A stretch of DNA of 64,000 bases from Octopus sinensis (lineage: Eukaryota): contig NC_043011.1 in assembly GCF_006345805.1 (NCBI RefSeq), forward strand, positions 39,320,464 to 39,384,463, in the 5' to 3' direction. Made by a program: the position numbers and the translations under genes. The first letter of the stretch is position 1. Every line of letters starts with the position of its first letter. This document shows positions 38,586 to 52,430 of this stretch, piece after piece. A model generated the notes under the pieces. It searched no databases. It was not told the DNA's origin and was given only the letters and a program-made list of their open reading frames with translations.

Positions 38586-40206
38586 CCCTATGAAAGTATC
38601 CACTCTCCTCGACCCAATATCCATTTCTTCTCTCATGCTACTCTCATACTTAGAGCATTTGCTCTGGCACTCCATCACTACTTTGCTTTTTATTTCTTTC
38701 TCAACTATTATAGCCCACCCCTATATATAATGTTGGGTGTCCATGTATCTCCTCTGTAACAAGACACTTATGATTGTCTCTGTATCATACTTCAGCCTTT
38801 CAACACCTGACATGAAGCCACCTGCACCTCCCAAATACTCCCCATTCAGTTGTGGAAGCTTATTCCATTACCTTTTTCCCCTGTTCTTCTTTGTCTTTCA
38901 TGCTACTCAGCAACCCCCACTAGTGCTGGGTGGTGGCATGAAAAAAAACACCCAGTACACTCTGTAGAGTGGATGGTGTTAGGATGGGCAATTAGCCATA
39001 GAAACTGTGCCAAAGCTGACATTTGAGCTTAGTGCAGCTTTGTAGCTTGCCGGAACCTGTCTAACCCAATCTATGCCATCATGGAATGGGAAAATTAAAT
39101 GATGTTACGAAGTGACTCGATGGCCAAGTATTGACTATGTAACAGGTTGTATTAGATTGTATGTTAGCAACAGCTCCCATGGGGGACCTACATGTATGAG
39201 TTGTGTCCACACACATATCTATTACAACTGTGTATGTGTGTGTGTAATATATGTATATATATATATATATTTGTGTATGTGCGTTTATAATATATATTTT
39301 TTTTTGTGTGTGTGTACTTATACAAAAATAGATACTTATTATTTAAATTTTTTTGCCACAAGGGCAGCTTGGAGGAGGTGGAAATGAGTCAATTACATCG
39401 ACCCCGTTGTTCAACTGCTACTTATTTTACCAACCCTGAAAGGATAGAAGGCATAGTCAACCTTGGCAGAACGTAGCGACAGGCGAAATACCACTCGGCA
39501 TTTCATCCAGCATGCTAATGATTCTGCCAGCTCATTCTAATTTCTTTGATTCATACATACATACACACACACACACACATATATATATATATGTATATAT
39601 GCATATATTTACAAACATATAATAATAATAACAATAATAGTGATAATAAGAATAATAATGTAGAAGAATTGGTGAAGTGATCTTGAAAAGGCGAAGTTCG
39701 TTAGTCTCTAGCATTAATGCAGGTTGTATAGAAAACACAGATGACTCGATAATTGGTAAATAAAATTTGTTAATCAAGACATCAAATGCAGTATTGAGAT
39801 AAGAGAGAAAATTCCAATTAGAAGAGAGGTGCTATACAGCTTCATTTCGGAACAAACATTGCTTATAATGTGATAATCAAGTCTGTAAATAAAAGGCGGC
39901 GGAAAGTACGCATGCATGTGCATCTGCGTGCACACACACATAGATGCACATATATATATATATATATATATACATATGTATGTATATACATATGCATGCA
40001 TATATATATGTATACACACACATGCTTGTGTGTATATATGTACATATATGTGTGTGAGTAGGTATCTGCATAAACATGCTCATATCCCCACGTCCAATGC
40101 ATGCACAGGCACACACGTGCATACACCTCTCTACAGGGTCATCTTTCCATACCACATCACAATAATATAATAATGAGCGTAGTGTTTTTATATATTTGTA
40201 TATGTA

Positions 40207-40256
<50 letters not shown>

Positions 40257-41037
40257 TTGTCCAGAATCAAACCAGATGTGGAGGAGGAGAAAAAAATAGT
40301 AATTCAGTGAAGGAGAAGTAGTGAGAGTAATAGTCCCGACTGAGAGGGATTGAGAGAAAGTAATAGCAATGAGAGAAAGGAAGGGGTGAAAAAAAAATCA
40401 ACGTTTCATCTCTGTGTGAGTATATGTGTGTATGTGTGTGCCTGTACAAGGAAAGTATGTGAATGTTTGTATGTGTGATTATTATTATGTGCCTTATTTT
40501 GTTCCTTATTTATATATAAAATACTACAATTAGCCGTCATTATTAATGACACACGGTCAGCTAGTGTATTATATAAACATTTATTATATTTCACAACACC
40601 ACTGTTTACAGCTGTTTACCCCATTTGTATAGCAACAGACTACTCATGTGTCTTGCATTTAGGCTGGAATTGGGGTGTATAACGTCGTACTCCCTGCTGC
40701 TGAGTACTTACCCCAGCATGGGCTTGTAGGGGCAGGTCCTGCTGTTCCTCGGGGCCAGAAGTTGTGGGCCTCTGCTGTTTGAAAGCAGTTTGTTGTTTCT
40801 CTTTTTCTTGTAATTTCTGTTGTTTACGGAAGTCTCATTGGTGGTTCTGTTGCCTGTAATCTTATATACACTACAGAGATAAGTGTGTGTTTTATGTATG
40901 TCAGTAGGTGTAATTTGCTTCTTGGTGTATGTTTTGTGTCTGAGTGCAAATGGTTTATGTATGTGAATGTAAGTGTACACACACACACATATATGCATGT
41001 GGGTATACATGTGTATGTGCTTACATATATATATATA

Positions 41038-41452
41038 CTAGCAGTATTGCCCGGCGTTGCTCAGGTTTGTTTTCTTTTCGACCCTTTAGAATTGGAATTT
41101 TTGAAAAGTAAAAATTTTGCATTATGTAGCTTGTTATTCTCTTTAATTGAACATTTTTCTGGTTGCAATACACCAAAAAATGGCGACACAGCAGTAAAAA
41201 AATCGTAAGAAAATCGTAAAAAATAGGGATTTTCATAGAAAAAAAGCACCTTTTTGATGTAAATAATATTTTTGGTGTTAACATGGTCCGATTTGAATTT
41301 TTTTTTCTATGGAAGGAAGAGCAAGCCTTCTTCTATCATACTCTCAATTTTGGTCAACTTGTGCCACAGGGTCTCGGAGGAGTTGGAGTTAGTTGTAGGC
41401 TACCAAACCTGCCATACACAGACAACTTCAGCTTTATATATAGAGAGAGAGA
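41038..41452 (-). mobile_element. Non-autonomous Helitron
   Basis: A|TCTCTCTCTCTATATATAAAGCTG ... cctgagcaacgccgggcaatactgCTAG|T. Confidence 0.85.
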
Positions 41453-41545
41453 TATGCACACACACACACACACACATTAAATGACATTGTAACTCCCATT
41501 GATATATACATGTCTGATGTAAATGGCTCCATTTGCTGATGCTAT

Positions 41546-41577
<32 letters not shown>

Positions 41578-42274
41578 TAGTCAAATATTACTCACTAATG
41601 ATATTATTGCATGATTTAATGATTGCCAACAGGTCTTTGCATACAGAATCATCTAAAGAAATATATATATATATATTACATAACTAATGAAAGTTTCAAA
41701 AATAGTGTGTGTGTGTGTGTATATGTGTGTGTGTCTGTGTATGTATATATGTGTATGTATATAAGGCAGATAATATGTAAGCAAAACATATATACAAATA
41801 GATAAAGCATGTATAATATTCTATATGTGTGTGTGTGTGTGTGCGTGTTTTGTGAAATTAGGGAGATGGAAATTGTGTAAAAAGCCTGTTGTGATTGGTC
41901 AGCACCTGCGATTCAAAGAGCCAAAGGGCCATCGAAAGACATGTTTATTACGAGCTAATGAGTCAGTGGGCGGCAGGGTGCGGTTTATGTTATAGGTGTA
42001 CTCAGGATGATAAAACTGATTAACAGTGGGTGTGTTTAAAATCAGTTGTGCGAAATCTCTCGTGGTGGTTGTGGCTTGTTGGTGCCTGTGTCTTTTATTC
42101 CAGGGAGTGAGACAGAGAGAGAGAGAGAGAGACTAAAAGTAGTAGTTCTGTATGGTTTTTCTTGGAATGAGATGATTGGCTGCAGCTGATGGGACATAAA
42201 TGATTTGGCATGACTGGACTGGACATTCAGCCTGCTTTGGCAACAGTATGTTATTGCATGTGCACATGCATGTG

Positions 42275-42797
42275 CAGCTTGCTTCCCAACTGCATAGTTC
42301 TGGGTACAGTCCCACTGTGCGGCACCTTGGGCAAGTGTCTTCCACTATAACCTTTGGGCTGATCAAAGCCTTGTGAATGGATTTGGTAGATGGCAACTGG
42401 AAGAAGCCTGTCATATATATATCATCGTTTAGCGTCCGTTTTCCATGCTAGCATGGGTTGGACGGGTCAACTGGGGTCTGTGAAGCTGGAAGGCTTCGTC
42501 AGGCCCAGTCAGATCTGGCAGTGTTTCTATGGCTGGATGCCCTTCCTAACGCCAACCACTCCGCGAGTGTAGTGGGTGTTTTTTACGTGCCACCTGCACA
42601 GGTGCCAGACAGAGCTGGTGAACGGCCACGAACGGATGGTGCTTTTACGTGTCACCGGCTCGGGGCCAGGCGATGCTGGCAACGGACACGAACGGATGGT
42701 GCTTTTACGTGCCACCGACACGGGGCCAGACAGAGCTGGCAACCGGCCACGAACGGACGGTGCTTTTACGTGTCACCGGCACGGGGGCCAGCCGAGG

Positions 42798-42842
<45 letters not shown>

Positions 42843-43040
42843 GTATAGGTGTGTTTGTGTCTATCCTCCACTATTACTAACTGGTGTTGGTGTGTTTACA
42901 TCCCTGTAACATAGCAGTTTGGCAACAGAGACCGATAAAAAAAGAAATAAGGACTGGGGTTGATTCATTCAACTAAAACTTGTTCAAGGTGGTGCCCCAG
43001 CATGGCCACAGTCTAGTGACTTAAACTAGTAAAAGATAAA
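42275..43040 (+). mobile_element. SINE family A interrupted at its microsatellite by a minus-strand RTE 3' UTR (42421-42800)
   Basis: Head 42275-42420, inserted catcgtttagcgtccgttttccatgc... element, (TA)n, then tail 42850-43040. Confidence 0.8.
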
Positions 43041-44422
43041 AGATGACTGATATAAAAAATCTCATCATAAACAGAGAAATATGCTTACATGCATATATAT
43101 ATGTGTGTGTGTCTATATATGCATACATATATATATATCGAGAATAACCAGCTGAAATTGCAAAGATAATCTGGAACTCGACTGAGGGTAGAAAACTCTG
43201 AATGATCCGTTCTTGTTTTCCTTGTATCGTCTGTCTGGATATTTTGTTTTCCCTTTTTTTGTTTCACCTAACTGTCTGGATGTTTTGCGTTCTTGTCCCA
43301 TTTTTGTATTTTATATATTTTTTTTTCTTTATTACCCCTGGGGCTAAACATACAGGAGACCAGCAAGGGCAGACAAAGGATTCAAGTCGATTACATTGAT
43401 CCCACTGCGTAACTGGTACTTATTTAATCAAACCCTAAAGGATGAAAAGCAAAGTCAACCTTGATGGAATTTGACCCCAGAATGTAATGGCAGACAAAAT
43501 ACTGCTAAACATTTTGCCTGGCATGCTATATATATACATACAGGCTTACAAAGAATAAGTCCTGGGGTCGACTAAAGGCGGTGCTCCAGCATGGCTGCAG
43601 TCAAATAACTGAAACAAGTAAAAGAGTATATATCCATGTTTCTTCACACAAATACCTTACTCACAGCCTCCCTCTAAAATTCCAAAATTTCTCTCCTTCC
43701 CTCTCTCCCGCCTTCCCACCAACTCCGCTATCACAAGTCCCTCTACATCAAAGTATTCCGACACATTCACAATTTTACCATTAATTCACTTCTGTCAACC
43801 AACATATCTGCTGTCTCTTGAAAGTCTGGAAACAAACAAGATTTAAAAAAAAAAAAAAAAAAACGACACAAAACAAAAAACAAAAAAAATGAAACTTTTT
43901 TCTATTCTTTTCTTTTTATTTTTGGTAGTGCCAAGTCTCTTTTGTCAATTCTTTCTTGTAGCAAAAGACACCTTTCAGTTGTAAGGAGACAGTAAATATT
44001 CCAGTACTTTCGGAAGAGCAAATGACATTCTTATTTCATTTCGGTGCCACTTCAATTGATGGCTCACACCTTCGTCAGCAACTGACGGCATTTAAAGTAA
44101 AGTTGTGGAACAGGGTGGCAATCGAAGCACGTCATACCTGCAAATTCAATTTCTGCTTCTTATTCATCTTATCTTCGCGTTCATCATTATGTGTTGCACT
44201 ACTTTCGTTGGTCTGTAATGTTTTATGCAAGCTGATACTATATACGTACATGTGTGTGTGTGTGCGCGCGTGTGTGTGTGTGAGTGTGTGCATGCATGTG
44301 TTTATATTCATATGCACATATATATATGGGTGTGTGTGTGTTTATATATGTATGTGTATGCATTTATTTATCTACATCTATATGCACATAAGTATATTTC
44401 TGTAGATGTGTATATGTGTGAA

Positions 44423-44455
<33 letters not shown>

Positions 44456-44720
44456 TTGTGCATATTTGCTTTATGTAGGTATATGCAAGTATGTATATGT
44501 GTGTGAGTGTGCATATATGGAGAGTTAGATGTATATGTTGGTGTATGCAGGTGTAAATGTATGTGTTTGTGTGTGAGTATGTATGTGTCATCAAGTGTAT
44601 TGCCAGTGTATGTGTGATTCTGCATTCTTGAATAAAATTAGAATTTGTGAGTGATTTATGTTCTGCTGCATAGCATTTTTAATAGTGTGTGTGTGTATAT
44701 GCACATTAAGTCATTTAAGG

Positions 44721-44761
<41 letters not shown>

Positions 44762-44764
44762 CTC

Positions 44765-45150
44765 ATGAGTGGCTGTGTGGTAAGTAGCTTGTTTACCAAC
44801 CACATGGTTCTGGGTTCAGTCCTACTGCGTGACACCTTGGGCATGTATCTTCTACTATAGCCTCACACCAAGCAAAGCCTTGTGAGTGGATTTGGTAGAC
44901 AGAAACTGAAAGATGCCTGTCATATATATATATATGTATATGTGTGTGCGCGCTCGTGTGTATGTGTGTTCCCCCACCATTGCTTCTCAACTGATGTTGG
45001 TGTGTTTACATCCTCGTAACTTAGCAGTTTGGCAAAAGCAACTAATAGAATAAGTACTAGACTTACAAAGAATAAGTCCTGGGGTTGATTTGTTCAACTA
45101 AACGCGGTACATCAGCATGGCCACAGTCAAATTACTGAAACAAACAAAAG
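44765..45150 (+). mobile_element. SINE family A
   Basis: Full copy. Confidence 0.85.
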
Positions 45151-45679
45151 AATATATATATATGTGTGTGTGTGTGTATATATAAATATATATATATATC
45201 ATCATCATCATCATCGTCGTTTAACGTCCGTTATATATATATATATATATGTATGTATAAAAATGGAATGAAAATGGAATAGAGGACAATAAAACATTCG
45301 GACAGATAGATGATACAAGGCGGACAAGAGAAACAACAATTAGAAGACAGGCGAAAAAAGACAGGTCATTCGTGCCCTTCTTTCTTCAGTCAAGTACCAG
45401 AAGTCACAATCGTTTCGGGCAGTTACACTTGAGACAGTGCGATCTGGTTGCCCCCCTAAAAAGTCTAAGCTAAGTGCATTAGACCTCTTTGTAAGAAAGC
45501 TAGCAAATGTGTACAGCAACTAAGACAAAAAATGGAGAACATGGTAGACAAAAAGACAAAAAAATGGAAAACCTGGTAGACAGTTATGAATACAAGCAAC
45601 AAGAAAATAATGTGTGTCTATGGACACATGCATAAATATAAGATAGACAGACAAATAGATTGAGAGATAGATAGCATGA

Positions 45680-45975
45680 TTGCGGTATTCAGCTTGTGAC
45701 TGCAAGGTCCTGAGTTCAATACCCAGTGATGCATTGTGTCTTGAGCAAGACTATTTATTTCACATTGCTCCCGCCCACTCAGCTGGTAAAAGTATTACCT
45801 GTATTTCAAAGGGGCCAGCCTTGTCACTCTCTGTGTCACGCTGAATCTCCCTGAGAACTACGTTAAGGGTACACGTGTCTGTGGAGTGCTCAGCCACATG
45901 CATGTTAATCTCATGAGCAGGCTGTTTCATTGATCGGATCAACTGGAACCCTCGCTGTAACCAATGGCATGCCGG
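45680..45975 (+). mobile_element. Hybrid SINE: D-like head/core with H-type 3' module
   Basis: gtcttgagcaagac..tatttcacattgctcc (as in D) followed by cctgtatttcaaagg..ccagccttgtcactctctgtgtcacgctgaat (as in H). Confidence 0.7.
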
Positions 45976-46090
45976 TTAATTCGTTAGTTAGACAGATAGA
46001 TAGAGGTATAAATGGAAGTATAAGTAGAGATAGATAAATTGATATGAGAGAGAATAGGTTGAGGATCATTTTCCATCCATATTTTATATA

Positions 46091-46905
46091 TACAGGGTGG
46101 AGGAAAAGTAAGTAGGCATTAAAAGTTGGCTATAAAATCCATATTCCTTTTACAAATTTATTGAAGCAAATGAATACGTTCTTTATTACATGGGAAAATG
46201 AAAGTAAGTCTTCATATTTCAATGTAAGCACCAGCGGCGTCAACCAGTTTCCTCAAATGGCCACGGATGGAATGAACAACTTTCTGAAGGACGGTGTCAG
46301 GGATATCATTGAGAAGCTCCTGAATCCGTGTCACCAAGTCCTAGTGTGCGAGGTTTTGTCTTTTACTCCTCTTTTGTGTAACTCCACAGGTAAAAATCAC
46401 ATGGAGCAAGATCTGGACTTCTGGACTACTGTGATCAGTCTTCAAGGTTTTAGATCCTACACATAATGGGGTTTCCACAGACAAAATTTCATTTCTTTAT
46501 GCAACGCCATATGCTAGACATGTTAATTTTTGTGGGCTGCGATTAAACATTTCCTGCACTGTTGCCACATTCTCCGCTGATCGGGAAGTGGTTGGATGGC
46601 CACTTCTTTCTCCATCATTTATAGAGCCCGTGGTCATCAGCTCTGCATGACAAGTTTTTATTTCACCATAGTGTTGCCTGCTTACCTTTCCATGCATGCC
46701 ACCATCTCTGAGCCAAAACAATGGAATTCCACACTACATAGCGAGCTGCTATCTTAGCCCGTTCCTAAACAGTCAAGCAACTGGCCATCTGGTAAATAAG
46801 AAAATTAGAAATCCCCATTAGTGTTGTCTGTCTAAAAAATGTTTTCATCATGACTTCAGTGATACTAAAATTTCTATAAGCAATTTTAAATGCCTTCTTA
46901 CTTAC
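46091..46905 (-). mobile_element. Internally deleted Tc1/mariner-superfamily transposon (DD37D/DD41D-like motifs)
   Basis: TA|CAGGGTG TIR. Minus strand TGSINDGERSGHPTTSRSAENV and RSPDLAPCDFYLWSY...TRIQELLNDIPDTVLQKVVHSIRGHLRKLVDAAGAYIEI*. A partial opposite TIR lies at ~46881-46905. Confidence 0.75.
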
Positions 46906-46911
46906 GTTTGA

Positions 46912-46992
46912 AGCTCTGATGAAGCTATAAGGTGATACTTAAGCATTCGACTATGAGTGCTTCGCATCTTACAGCAGAAACGGATGTAAGCT
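46912..46992 (+). ncRNA. Type I hammerhead ribozyme motif, long stem II family
   Basis: agct-CTGATGA-a[gct..taag..aagcattc(gactat)gagtgctt..ctta.agc]a-GAAA-cggatg-TA-agct; homologous copy at 55792-55864. Confidence 0.6.
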
Positions 46993-47599
46993 AATGAGAT
47001 TAATAACATAATTGTTTACTCCCTTGTCACTCTAATTTCTTATATATATATATATATATATATTTGCATGAAGAGCTATGGGCTGGAGTTAAAATATTCA
47101 TTTGCTTATATAAACTTTGGGACTTATATATATAATTATTTATATATATACACACTGGTAAAATCCCTCTCTCTCTCTCTCTCTCGCACATGCACGTGCT
47201 TGTGCATGCGCGCACGCGCACACACTCCACTATTAATCATTAAATTAATTGCAGCCAGTGACATTTATCAACTACAACAGAAGTTCATTAATTTATTAAA
47301 TAAAAATGGAATTAACAAAGAACAGAAAGAGAGAGTTTTGTATGGAGTTTTTTTATGTCTACTTCCTAACTTTTCTTTCTAATTCTTTTTCCTTTGTGCC
47401 ATATTTATGTCTACCCCAGGGGAATTGGAACCAAAGTGTCCTCTTTCCAGGCCCATCCTTCTTACATTTAATTCCCAGTACTCCAGTATCTGGCAATGGT
47501 TCAGTTGTAGCCAACATTTATTGAAGTTACCTGGTGTTACTGGCATTGCCTCTGTGTGACTCTTCGGTCTGCTAGAAGTAACAGTCAAATCACTTTCAT

Positions 47600-47830
47600 T
47601 TCACACGCTTTTACTTTACTTGATCCCTTAGTTCCCAACAGATTATAAACTACTGATGACTTTTCTACACTGCTCTCAACTCGGGCTTATCTCTCTTTGC
47701 TTCTCTACAATTGGATCCCTTCGTTTTTTAGCCTTGCCTCAGAATCCAGCCTCCAGCTACTTCTAGGGTGGTCTCTCTTTCACCTCCCTTCTGAGTTCCA
47801 AGTCAGGACCTGTAATACAGGATGTTGGTT
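47600..47830 (-). mobile_element. Probable RTE LINE 3' end remnant
   Basis: Very degenerate RGRP..W / L.S.GN*G.K and aagtaaagt-type tail on the minus strand. Confidence 0.3.
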
Positions 47831-49639
47831 CCTTTCGTATTAATTTTGAATTGTCACCATTGCTTCTATAACTTAGCTACAAACCCATTTTTACCTCTAT
47901 GAAGAGATGATCCCTATTAGTCTAGCCTCTGCTCTTTAACCTGGCCTGTCCAGCATAAGAGACACTAGCTTGCACTCCACCAGCACAGCTTTCAAGGTCT
48001 TTGAGGCACACAAAGCTATCACACTGTAACAAAGACTGGACCTTGTAGTGGCATTTCACACTGTCATTTTAGAAAAGGGGGCATGCTGGATAATGTGTTT
48101 CTGGGTTCCTTGTTTATTGCCCATTGTTCATTTTAAGATGAGATGGTCACAATTAGAATGCCTTTGATCATAGATTTAGTCAAGCAGGCCTGGCCTGGAG
48201 CTAAACACTCAGTAAAACTACCTAGAATGAACAACTCACCTCTTGATCAACAGTTCCCAACCATCTTTTACCTGTGGACCCCTTTGATTGATTCCTATTT
48301 TACTCAGGTAGGCCCTCATACTGTCCTGTTGTATCTTTAGAATTAAATATCATCAAGATTTGTGTAAAAATCATTAGTGAAATATTTAGTGTATTATAGA
48401 AGTATAAGCCATTTATTGCACATAAATTTTAACAAAAAAATCTTATTTGGACCCTTACCCCAGGGGTCATATGGCCCCTGCTAGTCAGTCACTGTTCTAG
48501 ATGGTTAAGGGGGGAGTGCTAGAAATATCAGCCAAATTTCTCTCATTTCATATGTCACCAACTTAGACAAAGATATGTTGGATAATGTCGTAAGGCAGAA
48601 GTGGTGATGATGGTAGCGATGGGCATGATGATGATTATCATGATAATGATAATTTATATTTCGATGTTTAATGTATTCAAATTTTCCATTTCATATTCAT
48701 TTGTTATTAATTTTCCGCTTTCCAGATGGGAAAAAAAAAAAGAAATCTGATATTCGAGAGAAATATTTTAATGTGTCAATTTTTTTTTTTTTTTTTTTCA
48801 AATTTCACTCCCCCCCCCACACACTTTCTTCTTCTTCGTCGTTGTTGTCATGGCCGTTGATTCATTTCACAGACCGTTGACCATGCATTAACTAAGCTTT
48901 CAGAATAGTCCTCTGTTTTCATAAGAGAAAAGCTTATTAATACCTTTCTCTAGGAAAAAAAAAAAGACTGCATGTCATGCTATCATTTCATGTTACCTAT
49001 TAACAAGCCACCAAGGGAGCCACCAGGTGGTTACTCAATATGCTATAAATAGCAGCCAAACCTCCCTCATATCACACCCTGCCACCTTAGAAGCAGAAAG
49101 AGCACTTTGGATAATGCAGTCGTAGGCCACCCCTAAAAGTAAGATGGTCTCTATTTGAAATTTATTTGATCATAGGTTGGCTGAATCAGTGCCTAGCTGG
49201 AGCTAAACAACGATGGCAACACCATTAACTTCACCTGTTATTCATCTAAGAGATTGAGTCCTTGAAAGAAATTAAGATATTGCCATTATGAAATCTCTTA
49301 AATGGCTAAGTAAATTATATAGATCACATTAGGAAATATATGATTTTCCACTAGAAATATCAGCTTACCCTCAAGAGATGAGGGGGGGGGGGCTTTTATA
49401 ATGCAGTGAGCTGGCAGAAGCGTTAGCATACCAGGCAAAATGCTTAGTGGAATTTCGTCTGTCTTTAAATTCCAAGTTCAAATTCTGCTGTCGTTGACTT
49501 TGCCTTTCATCTTTTTCGGAGTCGATTAAATAAGTATAACTTCAGCACTGCGGTGTATATTTCGTTTGTCACTGTTATTTATGACATATTTCATCTCAGT
49601 TATGTTTGTATGAATAAACGAGTGTATCTGAAGCATGTT

Positions 49640-50207
49640 TACTTCATAGCACCACCATAATCGTAGGCACATTTCTACTGCTTTTAGGGGGGTTTTTTCC
49701 TGTTTTTCAGCTACTATTTTCAGAAAAATCCACCACCCCCATTTTCTCCCAAATTATTGTTTTTTAAAAAAATTTTTGGACAAAAACCCAGCTTTTCTGA
49801 TAGGAGGTTCCAGAAAATTGCCAAAAATCGGAATTTTTTGCCCTCCCCTGCCCCTCTCCCTCCAATTTCTTCATTTTTCATTTTTTTTCTGTAACTCTAA
49901 CCCTAAAACCTAAACCCTAACTCTCTAACCCTAACCCTAAATACACAAACGAAATATACACCGCCGATAGTTGTTGATGACAAACAACAGCAGTAATTTT
50001 ATTCAGCTGAAAACACGTCATTGATTGGTTGAAATTACCGAAATATGCTAACTTTAACACGAAATAACTTTGAAAATAGAAATTTTCTCAGCAACAATAA
50101 GGGTAAAAGATGTTTTATATGACACATTGTACCAGTGTCCGAAGTTTAAAAGTGTTTAGTTACAAAAAAATGAATTTCTCGATCTGCCATTGAAAGGGAA
50201 AAGATCC
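49640..50207. mobile_element. Repeat element with internal telomere-like (CCCTAA) hexamers
   Basis: ctctaaccctaaaacctaaaccctaactctctaaccctaaccctaaa at 49892-49941; terminus ctgccattgaaagggaaaagatcc abuts (TA)n. Confidence 0.5.
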
Positions 50208-50934
50208 ATATATATATAATATGTGTTTGTGTCTGTGTTTGCCACCCCCCTTCTTCACTGCTTGATAACTAGTGTTGATGTGTTGACATCCCTGTAACTT
50301 AGTGATTCAGCTAAAGACTAAGTACTAGGCTTAAGAAATAAGTCCTACAGTTAAATTGTTCAACTAAAACCCTTCTAGACATTGCTCCAGCATTGCCACT
50401 GTCAAATGACTGAAACAAGGGAAAAAATTTTTTAAATGATTGTATACAACAGACTCTTATTCACTCACAATGTTTTGGTAGACAATACTTACCCATGGTA
50501 CCATGAAGTGGGACTGAACTGGAGGCTGTATGGTTAGGGTGCATACTTCTTAGCTACTGAGCCACTATTTGTGCCTCATATGTTCAATCATTGTAATTTT
50601 TTTCTTAATTCAACAGGGAATGAATATAAATTCTAAATTACAAAATGGTAATGGTTATTAAATTAAAATTGTATCAAATTAGATAAATTTCTCATTTGTA
50701 TAATTGCAATAAATGTATCTTATCAATAACATTAATGCTGTTTAACCATCAATTAAGCACAAATGTAACTTTCCAGTTAATATAATTTCTATTGAAAATA
50801 TGTTCTCAGAGTTTCCTGTCATGGGGGATTATATATATATTAGTTTGTATACCGGAAGCACAAGAGATAAATCCAATAAAATAAGGGTTACCTTCCTTTG
50901 GAGAAAGGACAAAGAGAGTGTGTGTGTGCGTGTT

Positions 50935-51415
50935 AGAGATTAGCATCAAATTCGATGACTGGCATCCATGCTAGTGGAGCTCTAAGAGCACCATCCGAGT
51001 GTGATCGTTGCCAGAGCAGGTAATTGAATTCTGTGCCAGTGGCACATAAAAAGCACCATTCGAGCGTGATCATTACCAGCATCGCCTTACTGGCACTTGT
51101 GACGGTGGCATGTGAAAAAACATTCGAGTGAGGTCGTTGCCAGTTCTGCTGGACTGGCACCTGTGCAGGTGGCATGTAAAAAGCACCATTTGAGCGTGGC
51201 CATGCCAGTACCACCTGACTGGCCCTCATGCCAGTGGCACGTAAAAGTACCCACTAAACTCTTGGAGTGGTTGGCATTAGGAAGGGCATTCAGCTGTAGA
51301 AACTCTGCCAGATCAAATTGGAGCCTGGTGCAGCCATCTGGTTCGCCAGTCCTCAGTCAAATCATCCAGCCCATGCTAGCATGGAAAGCAGACGTTTAAT
51401 GATGATGATGATGAT
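50935..51415 (+). mobile_element. RTE 3' UTR copy with internal ~45-55-bp tandem subrepeats
   Basis: Repeated gtgccagtggcac.taaaaagcaccatt units and (GAT)n tail. Confidence 0.8.
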
Positions 51416-51979
51416 TAGCATTTAAACTGGCCATGTCAGACCTCTCACACCTACTCTACAATGTCATTCTAAAAATTCGAAAAACACATCAGTGAGACCT
51501 TGATGTTCCATGATAATGCATGATTAATTCAAAACTATGTGAATAAATGGTTTGGCAGTACATTGGACAAAGAAATCTGAATTCTCATGGGTTAATATGT
51601 GATAACATTAATATCTACTAAGTTACTAATGATATTCATGGCCAGGAGCATCGGTCATTGTGTTAAATTTATAATTAACTAGGCTCCTAGTTCAAATCCA
51701 CCCTGGGACTACATACACATTCAGGATTAAGATATACTGTTGGTGACACTTGGGGGTTTGGCCAAAACATAATCTTTGGATCTTGCTTGATATTATGATA
51801 AGGAAAAAAAAAATTGCTTAATTTCTAGATATGAGGCTCCATACTTTGAGAAATTTTATTGTTATTAGTTTTTTGTTTCTCCTTTTGGTCTTTATTCACA
51901 TTTATAGAATTATTGAATATTCGCCTTCCTTTCATGTGTTATTGTTCTAATTTTTTTCTTTGAATTTCTTTACTTCTAG

Positions 51980-52060
51980 TCTGCTGATCTGTCTGTATTT
52001 GAAACCAATATCCGCTTCCTTGGCGGCTTCCTCTCAGCCTATGCTCTAACTGGCGATAAG
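51980..52060 (+). CDS. MAN1A: Next coding exon of the GH47 alpha-1,2-mannosidase (catalytic Glu region)
   Basis: 81 nt, phase 0/0, tttctttacttctag acceptor and GTAAGC donor. Encodes SADLSVFETNIRFLGGFLSAYALTGDK, the S(V/L)FE.NIRF.GG.LSAY motif that directly follows the previous exon in MAN1A proteins. Confidence 0.96.
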
Positions 52061-52430
52061 GTAAGCATTCTCTCTTATCTCTGTTACTGATACTAATGTC
52101 GCTATTATCCTACATTTCTATTGATTTTTTTTTCCTTATTCTTCTGTCGAAGAAAATAATGGACGAACTGGTTTTATATGATATGCAGAAAGAATGGTTT
52201 GGCTGTTGAAGTTCTGTACGTTTAACTCAGTAAATTCTACTTGGCACTTGCAGCAGGCAGCCAAATTTTTTTTTTCTTTTTTTCTTTTTTTCTTCACAGA
52301 TTAGCATTCAGACCGTGTTACTGACCTATAGATTGGGAAAACCTATCACTCACTAGCTGACAACCTGGTTAATTCTCCTACAAATGGTAGGTTGACAACC
52401 AATGATATTGACTGACAGACAAACCCTGTC

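Larger units (their letters stand above)
21590..51979 (+). other. ~30.4-kb GT-AG intron of the MAN1A-like gene
   Basis: The two flanking exons join in frame to a contiguous GH47 sequence (..TFDG|SADLSVFE..), and no intervening GH47 coding was found. Confidence 0.85.

Noticed and set aside
44130-44230. Possible minus-strand exon ending TTGCAG|GTATGA
   Set aside because: No polypyrimidine acceptor and no recognisable protein similarity.
49892-49941. True telomere or chromosome-fusion scar
   Set aside because: Only ~50 bp, degenerate, single orientation and embedded in a repeat element.
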